NCBI GenBank assembly: GCA_965153455.1 | Contig: OZ234494.1 | Location: 2,418,001-2,482,000, forward strand | DNA length: 64,000 bases | Direction of reading: 5' to 3' | DNA from: Sphagnum compactum | Lineage: Eukaryota | Shown here: positions 53,012 through 64,000 of the stretch, piece after piece | Layout of the letters: every line of letters starts with the position of its first letter | How positions within the stretch are numbered: the first letter of the stretch is position 1 | Position numbers and translations under genes: made by a program | Notes under the pieces: generated by a model | Told to the model about the DNA's origin: nothing | What the model saw: the letters and a program-made list of their open reading frames with translations, nothing else | Databases searched by the model: none

Positions 53012-56000
53012 TGGTTTTCAAGTTTAAGCGCGTGATCCAGCGTGGTAACAAGGGTTCCAAATCAGGCAACAGCCATGATACGGCTTCCATGCCTTCTACA
53101 GCACCTGGAGGGGGATCAACCTCAGCCCCTGCAATGGCTGCTCCACAGCCAGTGGCCACCAAGGCTGGCACATATGCAGCAGCTGGAAGCAGAGCAGCGG
53201 CTGCACCTGCTACTCGGACTACTGCACCACCAGTACAAGCTGCTGCTGCTCTGGCAACACGCTTTGCACCAGTAAAAGAGAAGTTGGCAAATGGCAGTTT
53301 TGAACCACTCCCATTATTTCGAGATGTGCCAAGTTCAGAAAGACAGAACCTGTTTATTAGGAAGCTTAACCTGTGCTGCTATATATTTGACTTTACAGAT
53401 CCCACAAAGAATGTAAAAGAGAAGGAAATCAAACGTCAGACACTGCTGGAGTTAGTGGACTATGTAACCTCAGGAACAGGCAAGTTCACTGAAGCTGTGT
53501 TTGAGGACATCAGTAAAATGTTGGTGGCAAATCTGTTCCGCACCCTGCCCCCTTCATCTCATGAAAACACTGGCTCTGACAACTTTGACCCTGAAGAAGA
53601 AGAGCCTACCATGGAGCCTGCTTGGCCACATCTGCAAATTGTTTATGAGTTTCTGTTGCGCTATGTTGTGTCCTCTGAAACTGATGCAAAGCTTGCAAAG
53701 AGGTACATTGACCAGTCATTTGTGCTCAGACTTTTGGACTTGTTTGACTCAGAGGATCCAAGAGAAAGAGAGTACCTGAAAACCATACTGCACCGTATTT
53801 ATGGGAAATTCATGGTTCACCGCCCCTTTATCCGCAAGGCAATTAACAACATCTTCTATCAGTTCATTTTTGAGACTGAAAAGCACAATGGTGTGGCTGA
53901 GCTGCTGGAGATTCTCGGCAGCATCATCAATGGGTTTGCTCTGCCTCTCAAAGAAGAGCACAAGCTTTTCTTGGCCCGAGCATTGATCCCCTTGCATAAA
54001 CCAAAATGTGTGTCAATGTATCACCAGCAGCTCTCCTATTGTATTATTCAGTTTGTGGAAAAGGACTATAAACTTGCAGACACTGTTATCATGGGTCTGC
54101 TCAAGTATTGGCCTGTCACAAACAGCCAAAAGGAGGTCTTGTTTCTTGGAGAGCTCGAAGAGGTGTTGGAGGCAACCCAGGCTGCAGAATTTCAACGGTG
54201 CATGGTTCCATTGTTCCGACAATTCAGTCGCTGCCTCAATAGCTCACACTTCCAGGTGAATCCCAATTCAATTCTGACCAATTGTTAGTATGTGTTTCCA
54301 TTGACTCATGTATTGGCTCCAGATGATCACCTCTGTCTAGTCTGTATTCCCCCATGTAGGTGGGTTTACCTTCACAGGCTTCAATTGAAGCTTACAACCC
54401 TCACAGGTTCATGGTGCAGGACACCTGAACCTGTACCCTCTATGCAGACCTCTCTATGCCTTAGGCTTAGATGTTGCTTTTACAGGTACAAGCTAAAATA
54501 AATTGAAGCTTACAACCCCACAAGGTTGTTGTAGCTTGATTGAGGATACTAGAGTTTTTTTGGTAGTGATGGCTCTCAAGTGGTAGCCTACATCATAACT
54601 GAGTCTTCCTCCTGCTTCTAGAAATGTAACAGAAACTCAGGATGTAGATTTTTAAATTTTGGTTGCCTAAAATTTTCGGCAGATTATTGTGTACCCACTG
54701 GTGGGAGCTGAATGAGATCAGTGGGTAGTCATGGCAGCTCCTCACTGCTATTCATGATGAAAGTGAAGGTCTGACACTTTGTGAAAGACTCTCATAAGGT
54801 TATGGCCACACTCATTGTTGTGTTACCTTCAAACTGTTGTTGTGGAGATTTCTCTGCAATCTCAAGAATACATTTTCCAGTGTCTTTAGCAGATGCCTGG
54901 CACCCGAGTACTCAGCAGTGGTCTGCTTAAAGGTTATGTGCAGGGTGCAGAAGGCCATGACCACTACCCTCTATGTAGTGGGCCTCTCTATGCCTTAGAC
55001 TTAGATGCTTGCTTTGTACAGGGATGAACTGAAATGAATTGGAGCTTACCCTCACAAGCTTGTTGCAGCTTGAATGAGGATGTTGTTTGCTTTTTTAGTT
55101 AGCCCTGTTGCTTGAGTGGTACCCAACATCATAACTGAGTCGTCTCTGATCTTCTGGAAACACAACAGAAACTCAGGAAGCAGATTTTTGAGAACATAAC
55201 GCCTGAAATGTCAGGCAGACTATTATGTACTTATCTACACCCACCATTGGGAGCTGATAAAGTCAGTGGGTAGTCATGGCAGCTCATCTCTGCTATTTTG
55301 ATGATGGTGAATGCCTGACACTTTGTGAGCAACTACCATGAGGTTGTGAACACACTCAATGTTGTGTTACTTAAAAGTGTCAAAGTGGAGCTTTCTCTGC
55401 AATCTCATATATATGTCTCCTGAGTGTTAGCCAACATCATGACTCAGACAAGTGATGGTCTGAGACAAACAGTCACTTAGCCAACATATTGACTCAGACA
55501 AGTAGCTCATTGCTGCTATTCAAGATGAAGGTGACGGTCTGTCACTTTGTGAGTGGCACTTATGAGGTTATGACCACACTCATTCTTGTCATGTTAGTTT
55601 TGCTTTTGCTGGAATGGACAAAAGAATTTCTATGGAGTTTTCTCTGCATTCTCTCATATATATTTTTGAAATGTCCAACTCTGTCATTATATCTGTCCAG
55701 TGCAATAAGACCTCATTCAAATATAGGTATATGTGAAGTGAAATCATGGTATGGATGTTTGTCTCTATGTTCAGGTGGCAGAGAGGGCGCTTTTCTTGTG
55801 GAACAACGACCATTTTGTGAGCCTTGTGGCCCAGAATCGGCAGGTGGTGCTTCCCTTGATCTTCACAGCCTTGGAGAGGAATACACGCAACCACTGGAAT
55901 CAGGCAGTGCATGGACTAACATTGAATGTGCGCAAAATGTTCTTGGAGATGGACCAGGAGGTTTTTCAGGAATGCCAGCGCAAGTTCCTGGAGGATGAAG

Positions 56001-56182
56001 CAAAGGCAAAGGGACTTGAAGAGAAGCGGGAGAATACATGGAAGCGTCTTGAAGCTGCTGGCACCTCATTGACTGATAATAGCATTATCAAAGGTAGCAG
56101 TGTTCCATCTGACACCATGGTCAGCACGCACACTGGGAATGGAGTTCCACTTCAGGGGCAAGTGGCTGTGGTGGGGAATTAG
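53011..56182 (+). CDS. Protein phosphatase 2A regulatory subunit B' (B56 family), ~550 aa, 2 coding exons
   Basis: Exons 53011-54255 and 55775-56182 join at [17 protein letters not shown]56 motifs: [111 protein letters not shown]. Confidence 0.97.
54367..55660 (+). repeat. Intronic 534-bp tandem repeat (~2 units plus partial copies)
   Basis: CCTCTCTATGCCTTAG at 54449 and 54983. TCAGTGGGTAGTCATGGCAGCTC at ~54718 and ~55263. A third partial copy spans ~55500-55660. Confidence 0.9.
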
Positions 56183-57818
56183 TGCTTCAGTTATTAGTGC
56201 TTGCATTGCACTAGTGCATGAGGAACAGGATTGATATAGGTCAAGGGGAGTTCTGGTCTTCACATCTTTCCCCCTTACCTTGTCACAGTGTGCAGGGATT
56301 CTGTGGTACAGGACCACAATGTGGAAAGGATGTGACTCATCTTCACTTGCCAAGTGACTATGAACACAGGCCGAATGGCTGATTGCAAATTTGCAATTCC
56401 ATGGACATATTGTCAACTGTGCAAGAAGCAACAGTGTGTTGGCTGAGGTTTCTCCTTTTAGATCGTTGAGGAAGGATTGGGAGCAGAGAGTGCTGCATTA
56501 TAGAGGCATTTGAAATTTCTGTGGGATATTTTCTGTTGCTGTCTCACACTATCACCCATTTCTGGCATGGTCCCACAAGTTTGGATCAGTGTGACAATTG
56601 CAAAGTAGTGTAAACCTGGTAGTTGTTTTGTGGGCTGTTTGCCTGTCTTTATTGTTTGGTGTAAAGAGGTCACAAAGGTTTGGATCCCTCCATTTTGGTG
56701 TCAATGCACTCCAGATCAATTGAGCTGAAATGAGAAAGGGAGGAAGAATGGAGACAGCAGAGCAATAAATTTCTTCTTTCTGGATATTGAATGGAGACCA
56801 GAATGGGAGAGGACTCTCTTCCTATCAGGTTTGTCTCTCCCATGCTGATGAAGAAAGCAGTTTGTTCTAGACTGTAACAAGTGCTTGAGAAACTTGAGAA
56901 AGTATTTGAATTGAGTCAGCATGAAAATAGGTCCTCATTGTAGTACATAGCTCTGCAGATAAGATTATGTTATATTGTTGCAAATTTCACTCTTATATGA
57001 ACAAGGAGTGCCTCTTCTACATGTGTTATGCAGAAGGGTTTCCCTTGTGGCTTTTTTTTTCCCCCCTAATTCTGTTTCAGCTGCCATTTGTAGGTGTTTT
57101 TCTCTTCTTTGTGGCTGCTGTCTTGCCTGGTAGGTTGCCTCTATACTGATTGTTAGATCTCCAAAGAGTTTAGGTGTCTCTCAGGGTTCATTAAAAACTT
57201 GGAATGGCTTCTTGGTATGAAAGGCCATGCCAGTCATTGTGAGAGAAAGTTTACCTTAAGAAGATTCATTTATGTAGGTAGTTGAGTAGCAAACTGGAAA
57301 CTTGTTGTTAGTACTATATCTTAAGCCTGTTTTGCAACCACCCAATAGATGCTGCTTCTGCTAGTCTTAGCTACACAGATCCTGGCAGAAAATTCTGTAC
57401 CAATGTTCAACAACTGTTTCTCAATCTGGATTACAGTGAGAGTGGCTTTCCTCATCACATGTTGAGCTCTGGAAAATATGTGCAACATCAACTACCTGTG
57501 ACTATAATTTGGTTGTCTTGGGTCACATGGTAACTTCTCAGCTACTGGGGTGCAGCCAACAATGCTGCAGTTTCTTTTCCTGTTGCCCCTTTTTTTGTAG
57601 CAGGGAGTCTCCAGTTCCCAGAGAATTGTGATTTGGCATTGATTCTTTGGGCCACTGGCCTCTGTTTTGAAGCTAGGTATTTTCTAAACAGATTATTTGG
57701 TCTTTACCCAAGGTAGGCTCAGAAGCTGATAGTTTGGTACACTTTTTTAGATGCTTGATTTTACCCAATTATCCTCATAGAACCTATTAAAGTCAGGTTT
57801 TCTGTTGTGTGTGCGTAC

Positions 57819-58360
57819 TAGTGTTGGGTGTTTCTTTGATATTGTTATGACCTTTGATTCTGAGTTTCTGAAAATTTTCAGAATCAAAGAACTTCCAGTT
57901 TCATGTTTTTGAAGATTTTCAGAATAAATCAACCTTCAGTTTTGGGTATAGGAAAATTTCCAAACAACCATAGTATTTCTGCAAAGTACAGGTGAAGAAT
58001 TGGAGGTTCAGAGTAGGTTATTTGACTGGATCTTTTGATTCTTGAGAATTGCAGTTACATGTCAAAGCTGGCTCTTTGACATTTGAGAACTGCAAGTCAA
58101 GGGTTCATATACCTGACCCTAACCTGCTGGTTCCTTCTTTGACGATGAGAGAACTGCCCAACACTGGTGGATAGATGATGAATTTTCAACGATGGTTGGT
58201 GATGGTAGAATTTTGACTGGTGTTCTTGAAATTTTGGAGAATTGTGGTTATATAGGTCAAAACTGGGTCTTTGAGTTTTGAGAACTGCTGGTCAAGGGTT
58301 CATATACCTGACTCTCACTGCTGGTTCTTTCTTCAAAAAAGAGAGAACTGCCCAACATGG
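57819..58360. mobile_element. hAT-like MITE with its 3' ~190 bp duplicated in tandem
   Basis: TAGTGTTGGG at 57819 pairs with CCCAACACTG ending at 58166. The block GAGAACTGC..GTCAAGGGTTCATATACCTGAC...GAGAGAACTGCCCAACA is repeated and ends again near 58357. The 8-bp flanks match only partially. Confidence 0.6.
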
Positions 58361-58589
58361 TGTGTGTGATGAGTTCAGACAAGAGATATGAATCATTAGA
58401 ACAACACAATGGGACTAGTGGACCAAAAGAATAGATCCATGTGTTATCTCACAATACTCATGTTGTGAAATTTCTGCATATTAGAGTTATCCGTAAAGTC
58501 GTGTGATTACAAGGTGAGAACAGCCAGTTTGGGCATAATAGGGCATCAAACATGGAATTGGGAATGAAAATTTTACTGAACTAAATAAC

Positions 58590-58848
58590 TGGGATACAAA
58601 ATTAGTTTTTCCACCAATTTTGGTGGAAAACTGAGTTTCATCCTGTCTTTCCTTTTTCCTGAGCGCCTACACTGCTGCTACATATATTTTCACTGTTCTA
58701 CCTGTACTACTACTATAATTACTCTCAAACCTTGTGCATTAAATGTTGAGTTTCAGCATTTCATTTTGAGATTTCATAAAATTTCCATACTATGTGGACA
58801 GCACTAAGATAGACGATACAAAGACAAGGTGACTTCCCATATAACTCT
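58590..58848 (-). repeat. Dispersed ~260-bp repeat, copy 3 (inverted)
   Basis: Reverse complement of the 40507/43609 repeat, with the perfect hairpin TTTTCCACCAA-AA-TTGGTGGAAAA followed by ACTAATTTTGTATCCCA. Confidence 0.9.
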
Positions 58849-59589
58849 TTTGTTCTAATGTCTTCTGGTTTCCATTTAGAGTTTCTCACTCTTACTTCGC
58901 CCTCTTCATTTTTGAAAGCTCAATTTTTATATGCTAGTCACTTGATATTTTTACATTCAGCAAAGAAATATGCTACTTGTTTGTGTTTCACCTAGTTTGA
59001 TTACATGAACATTGACATCAACAACCAATGAATTCTGATCAAGTATTCACTTCAATGATGCAATGCGGCCCTTCTTAACCCACCTGCTTGTAAGGAATTT
59101 TTGTTATCTGCACCTTCATTAATATTTATGGTAGTGTGTTCTTATGGTTTTTAAATCAAGAAGATTAGACACATGACAAACCAACTACTAGATAGGTGAC
59201 AATGCCTTTAGGTTTTTGAATTGTTCATATATGTGTAAAGCCTGCCTCTGGTTTTCTAGTGTTGTGGCTGACATGTTACAAAGTGTAATCATTCCCCCAC
59301 TCTGGGGGAGGAACTTTTCACAAACTCATTTGTTAAGAAGTTCCTACTCAGCATAGCATTGTAGACATCAATATTAAGAGGATCTATCAACAATATATGT
59401 TAAAACATTGAAGGTATTGTTGCAATAGAAGTTCTTTTTGGATCAAGCATGAATCTTCACCTTATATTTCCATAATTGTAATAGAAGGCAATTCAAATGT
59501 CATTTTAAACTTGCCCTTATTTTATTCCTAGGACAATTAGCATAGACAAACCCTCACCTCCTACAACAAAATTCTCAAAATAGACATCA

Positions 59590-61800
59590 TTGCGCATGTT
59601 GTAACATCACTGGCACCTTTTGTTTATATAATGTGTGCAAAATTTAAAGAGGAGGGCCTCCAGCGCCCTTGCTATGCCATGTTGACACATTAGTGAAGAA
59701 ACCCATCCGCCTATTGGTGTAGACATTTGAAAACCTCTAGAGTTAGAAGGAGAAACATGTTTGTCAGGAATCGATCGTGATAAAGATCATCCTTTGCCTG
59801 AGTTGCAACTATCACAACAACCCCACAAGAAATAGCAACTTATGAAACCCAATCAACTTGATTGGGGTCATAATGACAATGTTTACCAATGTGCAAACAC
59901 CATTGATTCATAACACAATGTCAATTCGATAGTGTGAAAAATTGCAAAGTAGGGGACATAAGGACATGGGTTTGCTTTCGCGATATTTGAAATCTCACAT
60001 CTTTTGCAATGACCATGAAAGCATCTCACACAACATCATGCAAGGCCATCCTTTCCCCACCATGAAAAATGTGGATTCCCATAGGGTTCAAAAGTTGACT
60101 ACAAATGCAATGTGACACCCTAAGGACTATAGGATGGGAAAGACCCAATCTAGTGCTCAACGTAGTGGAGGAAACATTTGAAGCCAAGTGGAAAAAAATG
60201 ATGATTGGGCAAATTGACAACCAAACACTCACATTTAGTCCCACATACAACCTTAAACATGGTTGATGCGAATTAAAAGATAAATTAAAAATGATGTTAG
60301 AATGAATGGTTGTGCAATCTTTTTGAAATATTTTCTTAAAAGCAATTTACGCTTCTTTCAACTAGTTGCTCAAGAAAGGGCACACACGCTACAACCTTAA
60401 GGGAAGAAACTTTCATGTTGATCTCAAATGTGCCTAAAAAGGGGATGGCCCCGAATTATTCACACCAATCGCCTCCTACAAGAACAAGCGGGAATCCAAC
60501 AAGAACATGGAAGCTATGACACACAAAACTAAAGCTCAACTCCTTAAATGGGTAATTGGAGCAATGACCTTTGAGCAAATCAACTTTACACCCCATTAGA
60601 AATGGGAAAAGCCATTTGCCGACAAACTAGAAGGGCTTCGGGGCATTCTAATGATCCCAATTTGAAAAGTCTTTCAAAATTCCCATGGAGGTCAAGTAAA
60701 AAGCAATGAGTTGATTTTGAAAACATGGAAAGGAGGAAGCAATGGAGCAAAAAGGAAGGCCTCTGGGTGAAACAATGAGAGAGGATACTAAAACCCACCA
60801 AGACATCCATTAATTTTGAAAGCACATCTACCTGCCAAACATCCTCGCCTAAAGCCTCTTATAAAAAAAAAGTGGCGAAGGAGGTAGAGCCAAAGGGGAC
60901 GTTAAAAATCTTGATGCCACAAAGAAGCAACTGAATTTGATAGGGGGACGAACTCAGAAGGTAAACTAGAAGGAGCCCAAATCGAACATTTGCAAAATTA
61001 ATCATACAATCACAAAAAAACTAACTGGGAAGCAAAATGATCAAATGCAAGGGAAACGACATGGGTAGGGTTGAAAATATAGGTGTCATCGGCTAAGGAA
61101 AGGAAGAGACATAAGGGAAAAATCCCTGAAGAACAACACAAAACATGAAAATGAGCAAGTGCAAAAGAAAACCTTGTAAGCGGATTGCCCTGGCTTGTGC
61201 CCACCAAAAATAAATGACAAATAGAATTTTCAAGGAAAAATGATGATTAAAGAACAAAGGAATTTGAAAGCCATAAAAGAACAAACAAAAGAAAAAAGCT
61301 AGGACAATTAACCTCCTTTTGCCCAAAGAGCCTAAAATATGACCTTATATGAGATGGTGTTGCAAGCATTTGTGATGTCTATTTAAAGCACCACCCAATT
61401 AGGATGGGCATCCAAAATGGCCACAACCTCATAACCTCCTCTAATCGCCACTCCAAATTAATATGGTGACATTGAAAAGCAAAAACATCACAAAATTGTA
61501 GGCATAAAGCCCTACTCACCAGTTGATAAAATGTTTCTTCCACTGCAATTAGACGAATGCCACCAAAGGATTTGGCCAAAGCCAAAAAACTAACTAATAT
61601 TTAAAAAATTTGAGTCACAAACCTAAGGATGTGGCTGACAACCACATGGGAATGTAATTGGTGAAGTTGAATGGAAACACTAACTAAATCCTCAAGGTCA
61701 AAAGATTTTTGAAAATGCTCAGAGACCATGCCAAATGAACCACTAGTTGATATGTGAAACATGCACAAGAATGCCAAGATTTGAATCTGGTTAATGGTCC
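59590..61800 (-). mobile_element. Decayed non-LTR retrotransposon with RT and C-terminal restriction-like endonuclease (CRE-clade-like)
   Basis: Interrupted minus-strand frames: LALAKSFGGIRLIAVEE, DITNACNTI, GTSQGNPL, LADDTYI and GIKIFNVPFGS (RT); CICSQ...HIFHGGERMALHDVV (Zn-knuckle-like); RIDIVL..NGVCTLVNIVI and AKDDLY...FLLLTLEVF...QKVPVMLQ (RLE-like tail). Many stops and frameshifts. Confidence 0.82.
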
Positions 61801-64000
61801 AACAAGGAATTATCTTGTGAGAATGAATTAATACCCATGAATACACCACCATGGATGTATGGTGCTTGGACAACACACTATTTTTCATTGGGCTTTTGTT
61901 CACTATCCAACCTCCCCATAGCCAAGTGTTCTAAAATTGAAGTTCATCCAACTAAACAGCCTCAAAATGGGAAAATGGAGATATTGCATTTATCAAGATT
62001 CTCATCCCATCCCCCTAGAGTCACAATGGTATGTAATATGTATCTTGTGTGTCTCCTTGCTCTTGTGTTTACTTATGGTTTTCCTAATTGAAAAGTGAAC
62101 TCTTAAAAAATAAAATGCCTTCTTTTAAACCTAGCACCATTTTTAATAGATTATTTCATGGAATGGTTTATAATTATAATATGGTCTGTAATAATAATAA
62201 TAATAATAAACTATATTATATTATATTGATAGGTAACCATTATTTGCATTGAAAAATGGTAACTATTTAATTTGCGTTTTTCAACTTGTCATAATTTTTT
62301 AATGTTCTGTCCATGGAGATGTTCAAAATCTAAATTGTCGATTTTGAGAAATGTTCTATTTTTTTCACTGATCATTTTGGCCTTAGAAACCCCATAATTT
62401 TTTTAATTAAATAAAATTAATTATTAAAAAAAAAGAAAACTTTGTGTAAAAGCAACCCACATAGGTGCTAGCAGCTCCACACCAAATTTGAGCAAGAAAA
62501 ATAAATTTTTGTATCATGAAAATAATTTTTAAAAATATGTTCTTTAAATGTGCAAGAAAAAGGGTCAGCAACAAACCCTTGTAGGCACCCAATTGATTTT
62601 ACCTCATAAAAAAAAGCAGAAGAAAATCCAAATCTTGTCCCTGAAGCCATACACGTGTCCCAATGGCCAATGCTTATGGAAGATCTGTGGATATACTCGA
62701 ACAAACGTACTTATTTGGAAATCCCAATTCAGGTGGGTCCACCTATCTACCTACCCACCTACTTATATATACCTACCTGGATACCTACCCTAAATACCTA
62801 CCTACCGACCAACTGACTAGTTACCTACCTTCTTCTGCCAAATTAGCATTGGCCTTTTTTTAGTGAACGTGTCATATATATTAGAAAATAAAATAATTTT
62901 TTTTTTTGCTTACCAGAGATCAGTAATGCCAGACCAGACACAGCCCAAATTCCAGTCAGAATATAGCATATTCTGAAAATTCTGATTGGCAGAATATATA
63001 TATATATATATAAAGAAAGTGGGAATGTATTTTGTTTTTCTGAGCAGAAATTTTTTTCTTAATAAAAATGATTACTAATTTGGGCGACATATTCCACCAG
63101 TTTTGAAAATTGTAGTGGAATGAGGTCAACACTAGAATCGTGCCCACTTGGGGACCTCCGAACCAATGAGAAGGGTGGAAATGTTTTGGGTTCAATTCCA
63201 ACCAATAACAACACTTTGCGCAAAGAGATTGAGCTCTGGCTTCGAATGGGCTTCAGATTTTGGGGATGATGTCGACCAACCATTTTTCTCGGGCTTTGAA
63301 GGACAACAGGTTGGGTGGTAGTGGTGGTGGTGGTGGTGATCATCATCGTAGTCAGGCAAGTGGTGGTATTGATATCACTCACCCACACAAATTACATCTT
63401 CTTTATGTCTCGCACACGTATTGAACTACGTCCAATGTCCATCGTACATGTCGATGATCACTTTGACAAATTCTTGGCCATTCCTTTGTCACTACGGACA
63501 ACACACATCATTCAGTCACCAACAACATACTTACTTGTGAACTGGGTACCCACCCCTCTTAGAGATGGGAATTAGCTCAGGCCAAGAATTTTTGCCCAGG
63601 CCAACTATTTGGTGAAACTATGTCTCCTTGATTCATCATGGCCCGTCCCACCCCCGTGAAACAATGTCGTGCAAAAAAAAAAAAAAAAAGGTTTGTGAAG
63701 AAATCATTATCAAATGCAAGATTAATTTCTTTAGGTAGACAAGGTGATTTTTTTTCAAAAGAAGTTGACAAGTGAGTTGAACTTTGTATTTAAATATTTA
63801 TTTTAATTAGTTACCCATATATTAGTTGTGTAACATTAATTATTTGTTACTTGTAAAGTCCTTGATTTTTTTCATTTTTTTTGATAAAGCTTTGTACATA
63901 CAACATTTTGGAAAAAGTCATTTTGCATTTGGATTGGGCTTAATTCCCCCCTGAACCTACTTGAACATGGATTTGCAGAATGTAACCCACTTCACCCCCA

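Noticed and set aside
53042..54259. Alternative-frame and antisense ORFs within the PP2A B' exon (similarly within 23071-24210)
   Set aside because: Shadow ORFs of genuine coding sequence.
54755..54775. TGATGA...CTGA in the intronic repeat as a C/D-box snoRNA
   Set aside because: The boxes are only about 10 nt apart, TGATGA is not conserved in the 22-kb copies, and I see no terminal stem or rRNA complementarity. The repeat is kept only as an open hypothesis in findings.
63059..63771. GC-richer segment with short ORFs near the window end
   Set aside because: It may be UTR or terminal exon of a gene outside the window, but there is no consistent exon model or recognisable domain.

Overview
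Eukaryotic, intron-rich land-plant genomic DNA. The style is bryophyte-like, possibly a peat moss, but that is inference only. GC-richer gene islands are separated by very AT-rich, transposon-derived spacers. Five protein-coding genes can be supported: a 12-exon PP2A B'' (EF-hand) regulatory subunit (+, 13476-18514); a membrane-anchored FkbM-like SAM methyltransferase with a single coding exon (+, 23071-24210); an AT-rich, multi-exon C3HC4 RING plus coiled-coil gene that the ORF track breaks into fragments (-, about 32788-36088); a small unrecognised gene (+, about 41572-42965); and a 2-exon PP2A B' (B56) regulatory subunit (+, 53011-56182). Mobile DNA comprises a decayed CACTA/En-Spm element with its 3' TIR, two decayed copies of a CRE-like non-LTR retrotransposon (one retaining a restriction-like endonuclease tail), a clean Tourist MITE, a mini-Helitron, further MITE-like elements and several dispersed or tandem repeats. 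The most unusual observations are four. First, the same ~535-555-bp tandem unit sits in sense orientation inside long introns of two unrelated genes. Second, the RING/coiled-coil gene is hidden in repeat-like DNA. Third, a spliced uORF ends in a TGATG overlap with the PP2A B' start codon. Fourth, the unrecognised gene is bracketed by direct copies of a hairpin-ended repeat. All gene models were assembled by eye from GT-AG sites and frame continuity; no database searches were run.
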